From IMG/VR virus record IMGVR_UViG_3300009008_000003: a stretch of 64,000 nt of DNA; one strand, 5' to 3'. The translations under genes and the position numbers were made by a program. The notes beneath the pieces were generated by a model. That model did not search any database. It was not told the DNA's origin and was given only the letters and a program-made list of their open reading frames with translations. Each line of letters begins with the position of its first letter. Position 1 is the first letter of the stretch. This document shows positions 27,101 to 37,382 of this stretch, one piece after another. The stretch is from a virus.

Positions 27101-30100
27101 CAGGATTACTTTGATACTAATCATGCCGGGTGGCGTGATTATATGGCGACAGGAGTTATTTGGGATTGGGGTAAGTTCACATCCGATGATTACTCCCCCT
27201 TGGGCAGCGGTGAACGGTTTCGTCCATACCCTTATAAAACTGCTGATGAAATAGGCTTTATGCCCTATGTAGAATATTCTGGTGCTTACAGGTGGGATTT
27301 TGACGCGGAGGAACATGTTTGGGAAGCTTTTGACGGGTATACAATTTTATTCTTCCCGGCTTTTTCATATTCGTCGCACCGAGCTTATACTCAGGTGGAG
27401 TCCCCTGTCGTAATCAATAAATCCACAGGCGAAGTTTTTGATCAATATTATTATTCGTCACTTCGGGTTGATAGTGGTTTAGTCTACCCACAATTACAAC
27501 ACCCCTGTTCTACTTTTTGGCAAGATGATGAATACCAAGAAGTTACTCCTTGGATGTTTACTCCGCTGGGAAGTGGAGAAACTCATAAGTTAATTTATTA
27601 TCATCCTGGGTCCACAAGCGTGGCTGCTTCTGGTATATTTAGTAATATCAATACCTACTCTTTATGGCTTTACTGGCGTGGCCAATATCTTAAAATATCA
27701 GGCGGAGTAGACCCAGATGACCATTATGATTTTGCTTGGAATGGAACCTCGGACGGCTATGATGCACCTGGCTCCGATGAAGAAAAGTATGCCGCGTATA
27801 GAGACGCTTGGATTATTTCTGGTAATGCTCAAAATTTAACAATACGTAATATAGATTTTTATGGACCGTTATCCGCTAATTTTCTTTCGTTAGGCAAGAT
27901 AAACGATTGGGGCAATATATACGGATTTAATGCGGATGATGATTATCATAACTACCCCGGAGGGGGAACTGGGGATTCTCACGGTATTATAAGAATGGAG
28001 CCAGCGCGTACAGAATCAGGAAACACCCTTGATAGTATAGCTATTCCTTCAGGAATTACTTTTAGCGATGTGTCTATTGCTGGTACATATGTAGGATTAG
28101 TTGGCTGGGCTACTGATCTTACAATAAATGATTGTAATTTCAGTGGTGTAGTAAACTATGGTCTTAGAATTGGTAATACAGGCCCTGTTACCTACGGTAG
28201 TTACGATCCGGTAGGGGAAGAGTGGGAATACAATCATGATATGTTAAGAAATTTAAATATGACTAATTGTAATTTCTTTAATATCGGTATTCATGGGTGT
28301 AGAATATCCGACTTTTCTGGGGGTGTTTTAGATGGCCTAACCTTTAGTGGCATGCTCAGCTCTTGGGCACCTATAACCAGCCAATGGGGATTTCAGGGAG
28401 GTTTTCAAGCAATGCGCTGCTCCGGCGTGCATATACTTGATTCTTATTTTGAGGATGTTGCGTTTCAAATGGGTGGCGTCGATATGGTAATGAGTGGCTG
28501 TACTCTTCACGACACCTTGCCAGAATCAGTACAACCTCTTGTTTTTCAAATTGGCGGTCCAGGTTTTCCTGGCGATCATTGGGGATCTGACCAGACTAGT
28601 TGGAGAATAAATACTAATCGTATAATCGATAGTTGTAATTTCTTAGATTGTATAGGAGATGTATTATTTGAAGGTAGTCCTGCTAGCAATTACCCAGATG
28701 GAGTAATAATAGATAATAGTGGTGTTACTTTTATTAATAATTTCATAAGAGGAAAACAATGGAATGTAGAATCTGTCATAACAGGTAAAGGCACAAGTAG
28801 TCCAAGCGAACATGATTACACGGGTAAAGTAGATACCGGAAATCCACCTCTATGGGTATCTGATACCCACGGATTTACAATGAGTGGTAATGTAATTGTA
28901 GGCGGTGACCCTATAGCCTGGGATGCTTATGATAATACAAAATCACTATTTCCTACAATTGCGCTTTTTGATGGTGTGTCTGAATTTAAGATACAAGATA
29001 ATAAATTCGCCTATGGTCTTGGAGCTATTAATTTTACCCCTTATAGTGGCGCCAGGTACTTTGGCGGAATAGGACCTGGTATAATTGAGAATAACACATT
29101 CTATAATATGAGTTGGTATTATCTTGGTTTTAATTTACGGCCTTGGGTGCATTTAACTAGAACAGGTAATAGCGGGTTTGTAGAGTATGATGACAGGCCT
29201 GATATCAGTCCTAATGATGTATTAGCCGGGGCGTATTTTGGTGTAAAAGGCCATGCTGGCGATCCTTATAATATGCTTAGTGGGTATGCTCACGATCAGT
29301 TACAAATAAGTAATAATAAGTTTATCTATCAACCAGCCGATTGCCCCGAATGGTCAGGGCAGGCTCTTAACTACTATGGAACTGATTGGTCGTTGTATCC
29401 GAGAACATCAAATGTAGAAAACAGCGGATTAACTCATCTACCTGTATTGTTCGATGTTAAAGCTTATGATAGTTCATTTAGTAGCAGCGTATCTGGTGTA
29501 TTTGGTGATTTTCCTTATTATGACGAACTAATTTGGGAATGCGGGGCAGCAGCGTTACAACCACTTGATCAATTAGCTAACAAAGATAGGCCTTATCCGA
29601 TTAATAGTGGTTCTACATTTACAGATAATGTAACTTATGGAATGAGTGGTAATTATTCTACCTGGATTGAATATAGACCATCTGGTTATTATTATACTCA
29701 AATTTCTGGTACATGGTATCCTCCATTTGATGGTTATGCAAGTAATTATGGCGGTGGAGTACATGCTTATACTTTTACTGTAGGTGAACCTTATGATGAG
29801 TTTTTGGCGTTAGCTAGTGGTAACGTGTATTGGTTTAGAGGACCAACTCCGTATCCTGATAGGTATCAGTTTGGTACGAGCGCATATTTAACTTATACTG
29901 GTACAGGAACTTATACAGCAATTCCGCAATATGACAGGGTGAGAACAGATCCAAAAGATTTAACGACATACCCCTCAATGCCTACGGTTTCTGGTTTGTT
30001 CTATTACCTGGACAATGAAAACGAAGGGGACTTTGTAGGGACAGGGAATACTGTATCTGGAACTATAACATTTACAAGCACAGATGTTAACAACGCAAGT

Positions 30101-30118
30101 TTCTTGGATGAGGCTTAA
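24131..30118 (+). CDS. Large baseplate/tailspike-like protein: ~470-aa N-domain plus right-handed beta-helix (pectate lyase-like) domains
   Basis: 1995 aa; VATTGDNDTGDGTKANPYAS...GDTVYIREGTY (DUF1565-like), YNNVI/YNNTI repeats, YDLGAFEF end motif, second beta-helix region. Confidence 0.65.
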   Translation: MKIKSTQLSQTWNHLGDFWGKFEDRDIVDNWWEAAMSAITDMYKKSYWTSYSRSIKYLDPIISGLDYYFPVYYGDTIPSMSGLLNINVSGEYNPGIGSILNIDSLVNVYYQNEENPFTEEVIESGTQYNLSTNREYITFEDHETDLTTNANQSNINYSMLYASGTSIINPFLFNYWGRLVDVDINNYLDGDYNSYLTSINSRLCTTNEKDLIFYKYFIWALIHLRKKAYTLDTIENLLGISYGLPFAFESGVVTDISASGDDTAITISGELGNIVYTIPNIVDNYIILGEDDAVDTFQLLVSGFILDDYISDLSLIDTYASGTARKFSTLVLTIPSALSGLSYKETIASGVVEDVIGEGVQLFYYNPLTAFEGFLEEESALDFGATYSGETTFRQALYLSNLSSNALDDITYEFSNSDFSCEATVPSGLVASGEIVVPVVFTPSSLGRSTTDLTVEYTTGSVDYYNTFTDVAVGSGISADTLSGVFVATTGDNDTGDGTKANPYASVCTGIFNANLGDTVYIREGTYAEEIRDILPNSGTSWGSGLSVWGYPGETVEIRPDITPTGYAVLVDSGCAYIDFYNIHFNAVNMQDYGRAASNNGYAHHITYSGCIFEGSLVASGSVFSSYAHHLNLIDCELYNATSHAIYLAGSRTVGYAASSGLIDNCYIHNVGKYGIHCNNEDRPAEGSHPDESWEHTVTMNDNIFRNNRIEYCASGSAIIFAGARRAQAYNNVINNCYGGVYFTWSRNYDCEVYNNTIAPTGRAGIYIDNYRTNGAIIYNNIIGSGYTDDGFGSISEYNVSGALDADIKNNLLQTDYRVDGVISGVDASNIIEADLGVAEEESNVYTLNPTSSGIDAGYNVSTVRIPDYYGRVPKGDGYDLGAFEFEADLVYITGATYVLTVDAEQDISHTNEHTASGAFRSIDARYADIVASGYETINITFAKEDFTGEDNLNRIHLPSGGTVPITIQGTGAEAGNRTRLTAVTTLSGIQDYFDTNHAGWRDYMATGVIWDWGKFTSDDYSPLGSGERFRPYPYKTADEIGFMPYVEYSGAYRWDFDAEEHVWEAFDGYTILFFPAFSYSSHRAYTQVESPVVINKSTGEVFDQYYYSSLRVDSGLVYPQLQHPCSTFWQDDEYQEVTPWMFTPLGSGETHKLIYYHPGSTSVAASGIFSNINTYSLWLYWRGQYLKISGGVDPDDHYDFAWNGTSDGYDAPGSDEEKYAAYRDAWIISGNAQNLTIRNIDFYGPLSANFLSLGKINDWGNIYGFNADDDYHNYPGGGTGDSHGIIRMEPARTESGNTLDSIAIPSGITFSDVSIAGTYVGLVGWATDLTINDCNFSGVVNYGLRIGNTGPVTYGSYDPVGEEWEYNHDMLRNLNMTNCNFFNIGIHGCRISDFSGGVLDGLTFSGMLSSWAPITSQWGFQGGFQAMRCSGVHILDSYFEDVAFQMGGVDMVMSGCTLHDTLPESVQPLVFQIGGPGFPGDHWGSDQTSWRINTNRIIDSCNFLDCIGDVLFEGSPASNYPDGVIIDNSGVTFINNFIRGKQWNVESVITGKGTSSPSEHDYTGKVDTGNPPLWVSDTHGFTMSGNVIVGGDPIAWDAYDNTKSLFPTIALFDGVSEFKIQDNKFAYGLGAINFTPYSGARYFGGIGPGIIENNTFYNMSWYYLGFNLRPWVHLTRTGNSGFVEYDDRPDISPNDVLAGAYFGVKGHAGDPYNMLSGYAHDQLQISNNKFIYQPADCPEWSGQALNYYGTDWSLYPRTSNVENSGLTHLPVLFDVKAYDSSFSSSVSGVFGDFPYYDELIWECGAAALQPLDQLANKDRPYPINSGSTFTDNVTYGMSGNYSTWIEYRPSGYYYTQISGTWYPPFDGYASNYGGGVHAYTFTVGEPYDEFLALASGNVYWFRGPTPYPDRYQFGTSAYLTYTGTGTYTAIPQYDRVRTDPKDLTTYPSMPTVSGLFYYLDNENEGDFVGTGNTVSGTITFTSTDVNNASFLDEA

Positions 30119-30120
30119 TA

Positions 30121-32802
30121 ATGAAAATTAGGAATACCCAGCTATCTCAGATATGGAATCATCTTGGAGATTTCTGGGGTAAATTTGAAGATAAAGATAC
30201 GATTGAGAATTGGTGGGAATCGTTTAATTCTTTGGTTTCAGATTTATATAAAAAAAGTTACTGGACACATTATAGCAAAAGTATTAAATATTTATCACCC
30301 ATAATAAGTGGTTTAGATTTTTATTTGCCTGTATACTATGGGGATACTATACCCAATTTATCGGGGCTATTAAACATTAACGTTAGTGGGGAATACAATC
30401 CACAGATAGGCGCTATAGCCGATATAGGAAATTTAATAAATATTTATTATGAAAGTGAATCTGTTCCCTTTGCCGAAGAAGAATTAGTTGAAAATACCAA
30501 TTATACTATTAGTGCTAATAAAGAATATATAACCTTCGTTGATTACCCTGATACTGATCCTTTTACTGCCACGGCGAACCAGTCTAATGTGAACTATGGT
30601 TTACTGTATATGTCAGGCGTGTCAATTGTAAACCCGTTTTTATTTAATTATTGGGGGCGAATAGCAAATGTGGATATTGATTTATATCTAGATTCTACAT
30701 ATAACAATTATGTAACTACTGTAAATGGTATAGAGTATACTCAAATTCAAAAAGATTTAACTTTTTATAAATATTTTATATGGTCTTTAATATATCTTCG
30801 TAAAAAAGCTTATACTTTTGATACTATTGAAAACTTATTAGGTATAGTATACGGATTCCCCTTTGCTTATGAATCTGGCCTAGTAACCGATATTTCAGCA
30901 TTGGGCATGGGGCATACTATAACTATATCCGGTGAAATAGGTGAAATAGTTTATTCACTTGATGAGCCGCTTGATAATTTTATAGCTGTTTCTGAAGCAG
31001 ACGAAATTAGCTCTTTTCAACTACTTGTATCTGGCTTTGAGTACAATGATTATATTTCTGATTCTGGGTTAATCTGCACCTATGCCAGTGGGGAGGTTGA
31101 TAGGTATAGTACTACAGTTATTACTATCCCAGATATTATTAGCGGAACATTAAGCGAAGCAAACGCTATTAGTGGGTTAATAGAAAGTGTAATACCGGAA
31201 GGCTTATTAGTATATCACCATTATTCTTCTGTTACATTTAGTTATTTAGAGGAAGAAAGTTCTATTGTATTTGAAGACCAATACAAAACAAGCACAAGCC
31301 CAGCAAAAGTTTTATATTTATCTAATATTACGAATCAGCCTTTAAGTAATATTACTTACACTCTTTCAAATTCTAACGCATTTTCTTACGGAGCGGTTCC
31401 TACTGATTTGGCGGCTAGTGGCGAAATAGTAATACCCGTAGAATTTAGCCCATATCATACTTACTCGTATACGTCGGATCTCACAGTCGATTATGAAATT
31501 AATGGTATTACTTATAGTAGTACATTTACAAACATAGTTTCTGGTATGGGATTAGTTAGACCCCAGTGGGATGACTTTATATTGGTTGCAATGAATGGTG
31601 ACGATGGTAACGATGGTACTTGGGCTGGTGGGGCAGTTAAGACTATAGCTACAGGTATTGCGTTAGCGACAGTACCTGGTAAAGATTACATAGGCACAGT
31701 ATATATAAGAGAAGGAACGTTTGATGCGCAGCTAAAAGATATTTTCCCATCTGGTGCAACTTGCTGGGAAAGTGGGCTAACTTTGGCATCGTACCCTGGG
31801 GAGACCGCAGAACTAAAGCCAACTGCTTGGGGGTACGGAATAGAGAGTAGCGATAACCCATTTTATGTAATTAATGTTGGTTCGGGTATAAATTACTTAA
31901 GATTTGAAGATTTAACGTTAAATGCTTTATACGCAGGAGATTATGGAGTAGCGGCAGTGATTAGTGGCGGTGCTCATAATATAATTTTTTCCGGATGTAC
32001 TTTTATAGGAGATATAGAAGCTTTTACTGAATGTCCCGTGGTTGCTTCTTTTGCAACTGATAATCATTTCCAGGATTGTATAATTTGCTCTGGAAACGAT
32101 AATGGTTTATACTTAGGTAGTGATTCTTCAGGAACATTTACTAGCGGTATTATAGAAAATTGTACATTTTATACTTTTAGTGGTAGTGCAATTCGTTTTA
32201 ACAACGATGGTACAGAGCCATTAATACAAAATACAATAATACGAAATAACGTTATTTGGGATACGGGGGATTATGCATTAGGAATGGCGGGAGCTAGCGG
32301 TACACACATATATAACAATGTAATGTATGATTGTTATCAGGGTATATACTTTGGGGATCATGATCAATATGATATTAAATTTTATAATAATACTATAAAT
32401 CATACTACTGTGGGTACCCCAGTTATTTATATACATGATTCTTATTCCCATAACTTAGAAATTATAAATAATATTGTAGCAGATTTAGAAGGCGCCTGGG
32501 CTACGCCTATTCTTAATTTACCTGCCTCTGTTACACCGCCGGCGTCTGCAACTATTACTTATAACTTCATAGGCGGTGGATTGCCGTTTACATATGATTC
32601 CAGCAATATAACATCAGGGGATACAGGTGAGCGTGATCCAGGTTTTGTAGATGCAGATTTAAATATTTATACACTTAATCCTTTATCTTGTTGCGTAGGT
32701 TCAGCAACTGCCACAGTGTCTGGAATTCGTTCAACAGACTTTTATGGTCGTGACCCCGGAACTGATAATTGGGATATAGGAGCTTTTGAATTTAGGAATT
32801 AA
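30121..32802 (+). CDS. Paralogue of 24131-30118 with a single beta-helix module
   Basis: N-terminus MKIRNTQLSQIWNHLGDFWGKFED nearly identical to the upstream gene; ends WDIGAFEF. Confidence 0.65.
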   Translation: MKIRNTQLSQIWNHLGDFWGKFEDKDTIENWWESFNSLVSDLYKKSYWTHYSKSIKYLSPIISGLDFYLPVYYGDTIPNLSGLLNINVSGEYNPQIGAIADIGNLINIYYESESVPFAEEELVENTNYTISANKEYITFVDYPDTDPFTATANQSNVNYGLLYMSGVSIVNPFLFNYWGRIANVDIDLYLDSTYNNYVTTVNGIEYTQIQKDLTFYKYFIWSLIYLRKKAYTFDTIENLLGIVYGFPFAYESGLVTDISALGMGHTITISGEIGEIVYSLDEPLDNFIAVSEADEISSFQLLVSGFEYNDYISDSGLICTYASGEVDRYSTTVITIPDIISGTLSEANAISGLIESVIPEGLLVYHHYSSVTFSYLEEESSIVFEDQYKTSTSPAKVLYLSNITNQPLSNITYTLSNSNAFSYGAVPTDLAASGEIVIPVEFSPYHTYSYTSDLTVDYEINGITYSSTFTNIVSGMGLVRPQWDDFILVAMNGDDGNDGTWAGGAVKTIATGIALATVPGKDYIGTVYIREGTFDAQLKDIFPSGATCWESGLTLASYPGETAELKPTAWGYGIESSDNPFYVINVGSGINYLRFEDLTLNALYAGDYGVAAVISGGAHNIIFSGCTFIGDIEAFTECPVVASFATDNHFQDCIICSGNDNGLYLGSDSSGTFTSGIIENCTFYTFSGSAIRFNNDGTEPLIQNTIIRNNVIWDTGDYALGMAGASGTHIYNNVMYDCYQGIYFGDHDQYDIKFYNNTINHTTVGTPVIYIHDSYSHNLEIINNIVADLEGAWATPILNLPASVTPPASATITYNFIGGGLPFTYDSSNITSGDTGERDPGFVDADLNIYTLNPLSCCVGSATATVSGIRSTDFYGRDPGTDNWDIGAFEFRN

Positions 32803-32804
32803 TT

Positions 32805-33503
32805 ATGGGTTTATTTACGCCAATAAAATCTACACTTTGCCCGGATGTGTTTAATAAACAAGACAAATTAAACACGTATGTACGCAAAGTATTGATGCAG
32901 GGAGCTTTAACTATAGTGGCGCAAGAGCATATAGGTGGCATTTTCCTTCGTGGTTCTGTTATAGATTATAAATGGTCGGCCACCTCTGATATAGATGTTA
33001 ATGTATTGCTTAAACAGGAATATGCCGAACTTAAACCGCAGTATCATAAATTATCCAAATTGGCTAGTGGTAAAGCATTTATTAAAAGTCATCCAATTAA
33101 CTATTTTGTAGATATAATGCCAGATGAATGGAACATGGTGCATCTACGTCGATTATACGACGTATTGAATAACAAATGGGTAGCTAAGCCCTTGCGTGCA
33201 AATGCCATAACTCGCGAGAAGGCACTAGAAATTGCTTCACCTATTGCTAGTATAGCGGCTGGTAATTCTGAGCTACAAATAGACCAACTTGCAGCAGCAA
33301 TTAGGTCTGGTAATATGGATAGAATTTTACACGAGGCAAAAGACGTAAAAGATTTTTATAAAAAATTGGACAGATTACGCAAGCGTGGTTATAATATAGG
33401 AGCAGGCACACAATCTTATCAGAATGCTTTGTATAAGTATGTGGAGCACGAAGGTAAATATCCTGGCTTGTTAGGAAAGCTTTACGAGCTGCTTAGGAAA
33501 TAA
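32805..33503 (+). CDS. Pol-beta-superfamily nucleotidyltransferase
   Basis: LRGSVIDYKWSATSDIDVNV (GS-x10-DxD) plus a candidate third Asp in PINYFVD. Confidence 0.7.
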   Translation: MGLFTPIKSTLCPDVFNKQDKLNTYVRKVLMQGALTIVAQEHIGGIFLRGSVIDYKWSATSDIDVNVLLKQEYAELKPQYHKLSKLASGKAFIKSHPINYFVDIMPDEWNMVHLRRLYDVLNNKWVAKPLRANAITREKALEIASPIASIAAGNSELQIDQLAAAIRSGNMDRILHEAKDVKDFYKKLDRLRKRGYNIGAGTQSYQNALYKYVEHEGKYPGLLGKLYELLRK

Positions 33504-33506
33504 ATA

Positions 33507-34859
33507 ATGTCAAACGAAGTTGTAGAACGCTATAAAAAATCTAGACAGGGCTTACTAGTTGTAAGACCTACTGGGTCTGGTAAGACCAGGCTTGCCCTTA
33601 AAGCTACCCGCGAAGCGCCCAAGAACACTGTCGTAGGCACAGCTTCTTTGACTAAGAATTTTACTAACGAAGAACTAAAGGTATTCAAAAAAGAGACGCC
33701 TAGAAAAGTTACAACTTATTCTAGCGTAGCTAGAGGAAAAGAGCTGGCTGGTGGTGATAATTTAATACTAGATGAATCTCATTATATAAGGAATCCTCAA
33801 ACTAGTACTGCTAAAAACTTAAAAGAACAAAGAAGCAAGTATAATAAGGCGCTTCTTTTAACAGCTACTCCAATAGTTAATGAGCCCTATGACTTAGCTT
33901 CACAAGTTAATTTGGTAGCAAACCGTGAGGTAATGCCAAAAATAAGAAAAGAGTTTTATAATAAGTATTATAAGGATGTTCGTGTAAAACCGGGTATTTG
34001 GGGCAGATTACTGGGAGTTAAATCTGGTACTGTCCGGAAGTTAAGAAGCGCCGATAAAGTAAGATCAGATGCGGCTCATTTGGTGGATATTGCTCCTAAG
34101 AAAGAGTTTGAAAAGTATATGCCTAAGACAAAGCATGAAAAAGTTCACGTGCCAATGTCTTCAGAACAAATTAAATTATATAAGTATGTAGAAGGCAAAC
34201 TGCCGTATCATATACGCTATAAAATTAAAAAAGGCTTACCACCCTCAAAGACTGAAGCCAAGAATTTAAATGCTTATATGTCTGGTTTACGGCAGACCTC
34301 GAATACCACAGCCAATTTTGTTAAAGGCGATGTAAAGCCCGTTAGCTCTAAAATGGATAAAATTATAGACGATATACAGGCAGAAGTTAATAAAAAAGGT
34401 AAGGTGATTACTTATTCTAATTTCTTGGGTTCTGGAACCAGCAGGATCAAATCCAGATTAGATGCTAAGGGCATAAGTTATAGCGAAGTGCATGGAGCAC
34501 TAAGCAAAAAAGAACGTGCTGCACAGGTAAAGAAATACACAGATAAGAATAAAACGAACGTATTTGTATTTAGTGGCGCTGGTTCAGAGGGTATTAATTT
34601 ACCTAAAACCACTATGGTTCAAATAACAGAACCACACTGGAACAATGCTCGTGTATATCAGGCGGCTTCTCGTGGAGTTCGTAGAGGAGACGATCCTAAT
34701 AGAACAGTAAATGTTAAGCATTATTTATCTACGTTTCCTAAATCAAGGTTAAACAGGATGGGATTTGGTAAACCTAGAAAATCTGCAGACCAATATTTAC
34801 ATGAATTAAGTCAGCGTAAAAAAGAAGAATCGGCCAATATATTGAAAGCTTTGGAATGA
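33507..34859 (+). CDS. SF2 (SNF2-like) helicase/ATPase
   Basis: PTGSGKT, LILDESH, LLTATP, AGSEGINL, QAASRGVR. Confidence 0.85.
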   Translation: MSNEVVERYKKSRQGLLVVRPTGSGKTRLALKATREAPKNTVVGTASLTKNFTNEELKVFKKETPRKVTTYSSVARGKELAGGDNLILDESHYIRNPQTSTAKNLKEQRSKYNKALLLTATPIVNEPYDLASQVNLVANREVMPKIRKEFYNKYYKDVRVKPGIWGRLLGVKSGTVRKLRSADKVRSDAAHLVDIAPKKEFEKYMPKTKHEKVHVPMSSEQIKLYKYVEGKLPYHIRYKIKKGLPPSKTEAKNLNAYMSGLRQTSNTTANFVKGDVKPVSSKMDKIIDDIQAEVNKKGKVITYSNFLGSGTSRIKSRLDAKGISYSEVHGALSKKERAAQVKKYTDKNKTNVFVFSGAGSEGINLPKTTMVQITEPHWNNARVYQAASRGVRRGDDPNRTVNVKHYLSTFPKSRLNRMGFGKPRKSADQYLHELSQRKKEESANILKALE

Positions 34860-36190
34860 AAGAATACGCTCCAGGACTTCCTAACTCCAAGATAACCACA
34901 CCTGTTCCGTTATCTACTTATAAAACATGGGATTATACTATACAGAAACATCAGGCCGACAAGGCTGGGCTACACTATGATTTGCGTATTGCTAGCCCTG
35001 CTGGCGTAGCTCATTCTTGGGCAACTCGTAATTTGCCCGTTCCCGGGCAAAAAGTGCTTGCTGTAGAGCAGCCAGACCACACTGTTGAATATATGAAATT
35101 TTCAGGTAACCTAAAGGGCGGTTATGGAAAAGGACGTGTAGACGTAATAGAAGCTGGAAAAATGGAAGTATTGGAATCCAGCTCTGGTAAAATTGTTTTT
35201 AATATTTATAAAGGGGCGGACACACAACGTTATGTGTTGCTAAGAACGAATGGTAAGAATTGGCTTTTCTACAATACGACTAATACGAGAGATCGTGTCA
35301 AAATACCAGACAAGAAGAGGTCTTATAAAGAAATAAAAATAGAGGATTTAGACCCAAATAAACCTGACACGATATGGTCTCCTAAAATAGACGGTGCTCA
35401 TAATCTCTTTTACTTAAAAAAAGGTCGTCGACCCGAAGTCTTCTCGTACAGAGTATCGAGAAGGGATAAGAATAAGCTCATAGAGCATACTTATAAAACT
35501 GATCTTTATAAGCAAAGGGTTCCAGATTCGCTCGGGGAAACAATTCTCCGGGGTGAACTATATGCCACAGACGAAAGAGGCAAAGTAAAGACCAGCGCGG
35601 AAACTGCCGGAATACTTAACTCAAATGTTTGGAAAGCCCGATCCGGAAAGCTATCCGGAAATTTCCGGGTAGAGCACGTTGTATTCGATATAGACAAGTA
35701 TCGTGGCAAAGATGTAAGCGATGCCCCTTATAGCCAGAAACTTTTAATGCTTAAAGAGGTGCAAAAGGAAATGCCTGCTATTAAATTGGCACCTATGGTA
35801 TCTACTCCTGCACAGAAGGAACATCTTTTAAAGAACATAAAAGCAGGTACTAATCCTTTAAGCCGTGAGGGCATAATTGAAATTGATTTAAATAAATCAA
35901 CGCCAATTAAAGCTAAAATAAAAAAAGATATAGATGTATTTGTAGTTAGTGTATTTTCAGGTTCTGGTAAGTATTCAGGCAACGCGGCTGGTGGGTTTTT
36001 GGCGTCTCGTACGCACGGAGGCGCGGCTACTATAAGAGTTGGCAGCGGCTTTACAGATGCTGAACGGATACATATGTGGAACAACCGCACAAAATACGTT
36101 GGGCGATTAGCAAAAATAGAGATTCAAGATGAGCTGCCATCCGGAAAAGTGCGTGCTCCGGTGTTTAAAGAATGGCGTAGCTATATCTAA
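34856..36190 (+). CDS. LigD-type 3'-phosphoesterase domain fused to an ATP-dependent DNA ligase
   Basis: IQKHQADKAGLHYDLRI...HSWA...QPDH...GYGKG (PE domain); SPKIDG, LRGELY, VFDI, EGII, and OB-fold VGSGFTD...RAPVF. Confidence 0.85.
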   Translation: MKEYAPGLPNSKITTPVPLSTYKTWDYTIQKHQADKAGLHYDLRIASPAGVAHSWATRNLPVPGQKVLAVEQPDHTVEYMKFSGNLKGGYGKGRVDVIEAGKMEVLESSSGKIVFNIYKGADTQRYVLLRTNGKNWLFYNTTNTRDRVKIPDKKRSYKEIKIEDLDPNKPDTIWSPKIDGAHNLFYLKKGRRPEVFSYRVSRRDKNKLIEHTYKTDLYKQRVPDSLGETILRGELYATDERGKVKTSAETAGILNSNVWKARSGKLSGNFRVEHVVFDIDKYRGKDVSDAPYSQKLLMLKEVQKEMPAIKLAPMVSTPAQKEHLLKNIKAGTNPLSREGIIEIDLNKSTPIKAKIKKDIDVFVVSVFSGSGKYSGNAAGGFLASRTHGGAATIRVGSGFTDAERIHMWNNRTKYVGRLAKIEIQDELPSGKVRAPVFKEWRSYI

Positions 36191-36195
36191 AAAAC

Positions 36196-36223
36196 TTGAC
36201 AAAGTCTAGTAAATTCGTATACT
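36196..36223 (+). promoter_or_regulatory. Sigma70-type promoter for the tail terminator/sheath/tube genes
   Basis: TTGACA-16 nt-TATACT. Confidence 0.65.
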
Positions 36224-36235
36224 TAACAAGTAGAG

Positions 36236-37363
36236 GTGCATACTGTGAGCGTGGTAATAGATGTAAAACATAAAATCTTGTCATTTTTACAGACTTACTT
36301 CGCGAATAAGAGTAGTGCCTATCCGTGGTCTTCGACATATTCTCAAAGTAAGATTGTAATTGCAGATAAATTTGCAGTAGATTTAGAGTCTATTCAAAAG
36401 AAACCTGCGATTATAATGGCTCGTGGCCAAACTCGTTGGGCTAAGCTTACGCTAGATCAGCGAGATTCTTCTAGTATAACTACTCACGATAAGGTCTTTA
36501 AAGACTTGGTGAGGGTGTCCTTTACCTTAAATGTATTAGGTAAAAATGGAATAGCGCTAGAAAATATAGCTGGTACTTTATTTGATATTTTAGTTGGGTA
36601 TAAAGACGTCCTAAAGGAAGTTGGAATACACCAAATCAATGCCATTGAGGTTGGCCAAGAAGAGGCTGTACAGGTTACTTCGGAAATTGATTTAACTAGG
36701 GTACCTGTTAGTGTAGTTGTTTCTATGGCTAGGAAAGTATCTTCTTACGAGGATTTTTTCTGCTCTACGGTAACAGCTTCTGGTGAAACTTTGCCAGAGA
36801 CAGAAAAAGTTGACTATGATATAGTTGGCCAAACTATTGTTTTTTATACAGCGTCTGGCGTGGAAGGTGAAGAAACATATTCTATAAATTATTTAGATAA
36901 TGTGGATCTTTCAGAGCATACAGAAACGTTAGCTCCATCAGGAGTAGGTTATTATCTACCATTAACGTTTCCAGCTTTTGCAAGCTCTGGAGTTGAAGTT
37001 AGGGCTTCTAATTCTTCTGCCGTGGATCATATAGAATATTTAATTAGTGGAAATTATATAACCACTATAGAAAATCCATCAGATGCTACCGAAATAACAA
37101 ATATTAAATTAGCCAGTGGGTATGTAGTTGGCTTGCCAAGCGGTGTAACCGCTGATAATATTTATGATGTATTTAAAGTAAATTATTATTTAGATGCTGA
37201 TACTCACGTACAACGATATATACTATTAAGATCGGGTACAGTAGATTATGCCGGTTCTGGTATTTATGGTGATTATTACGCGGGTAGTTGGGGATATGAC
37301 TCAGATGAAACACTTTCTACTTATACTTATGTGAGTGGTATAGTAGGAGTTATTAGTAATTGA
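36236..37363 (+). CDS. Tail completion/terminator-like protein with an appended Ser-Gly-rich acidic C-terminal domain
   Basis: GTG start after GAGG; position directly before the sheath; 10 SG dipeptides, all in the C-terminal half. Confidence 0.5.
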   Translation: MHTVSVVIDVKHKILSFLQTYFANKSSAYPWSSTYSQSKIVIADKFAVDLESIQKKPAIIMARGQTRWAKLTLDQRDSSSITTHDKVFKDLVRVSFTLNVLGKNGIALENIAGTLFDILVGYKDVLKEVGIHQINAIEVGQEEAVQVTSEIDLTRVPVSVVVSMARKVSSYEDFFCSTVTASGETLPETEKVDYDIVGQTIVFYTASGVEGEETYSINYLDNVDLSEHTETLAPSGVGYYLPLTFPAFASSGVEVRASNSSAVDHIEYLISGNYITTIENPSDATEITNIKLASGYVVGLPSGVTADNIYDVFKVNYYLDADTHVQRYILLRSGTVDYAGSGIYGDYYAGSWGYDSDETLSTYTYVSGIVGVISN

Positions 37364-37382
37364 TTAAAATAGGAGACTTATA

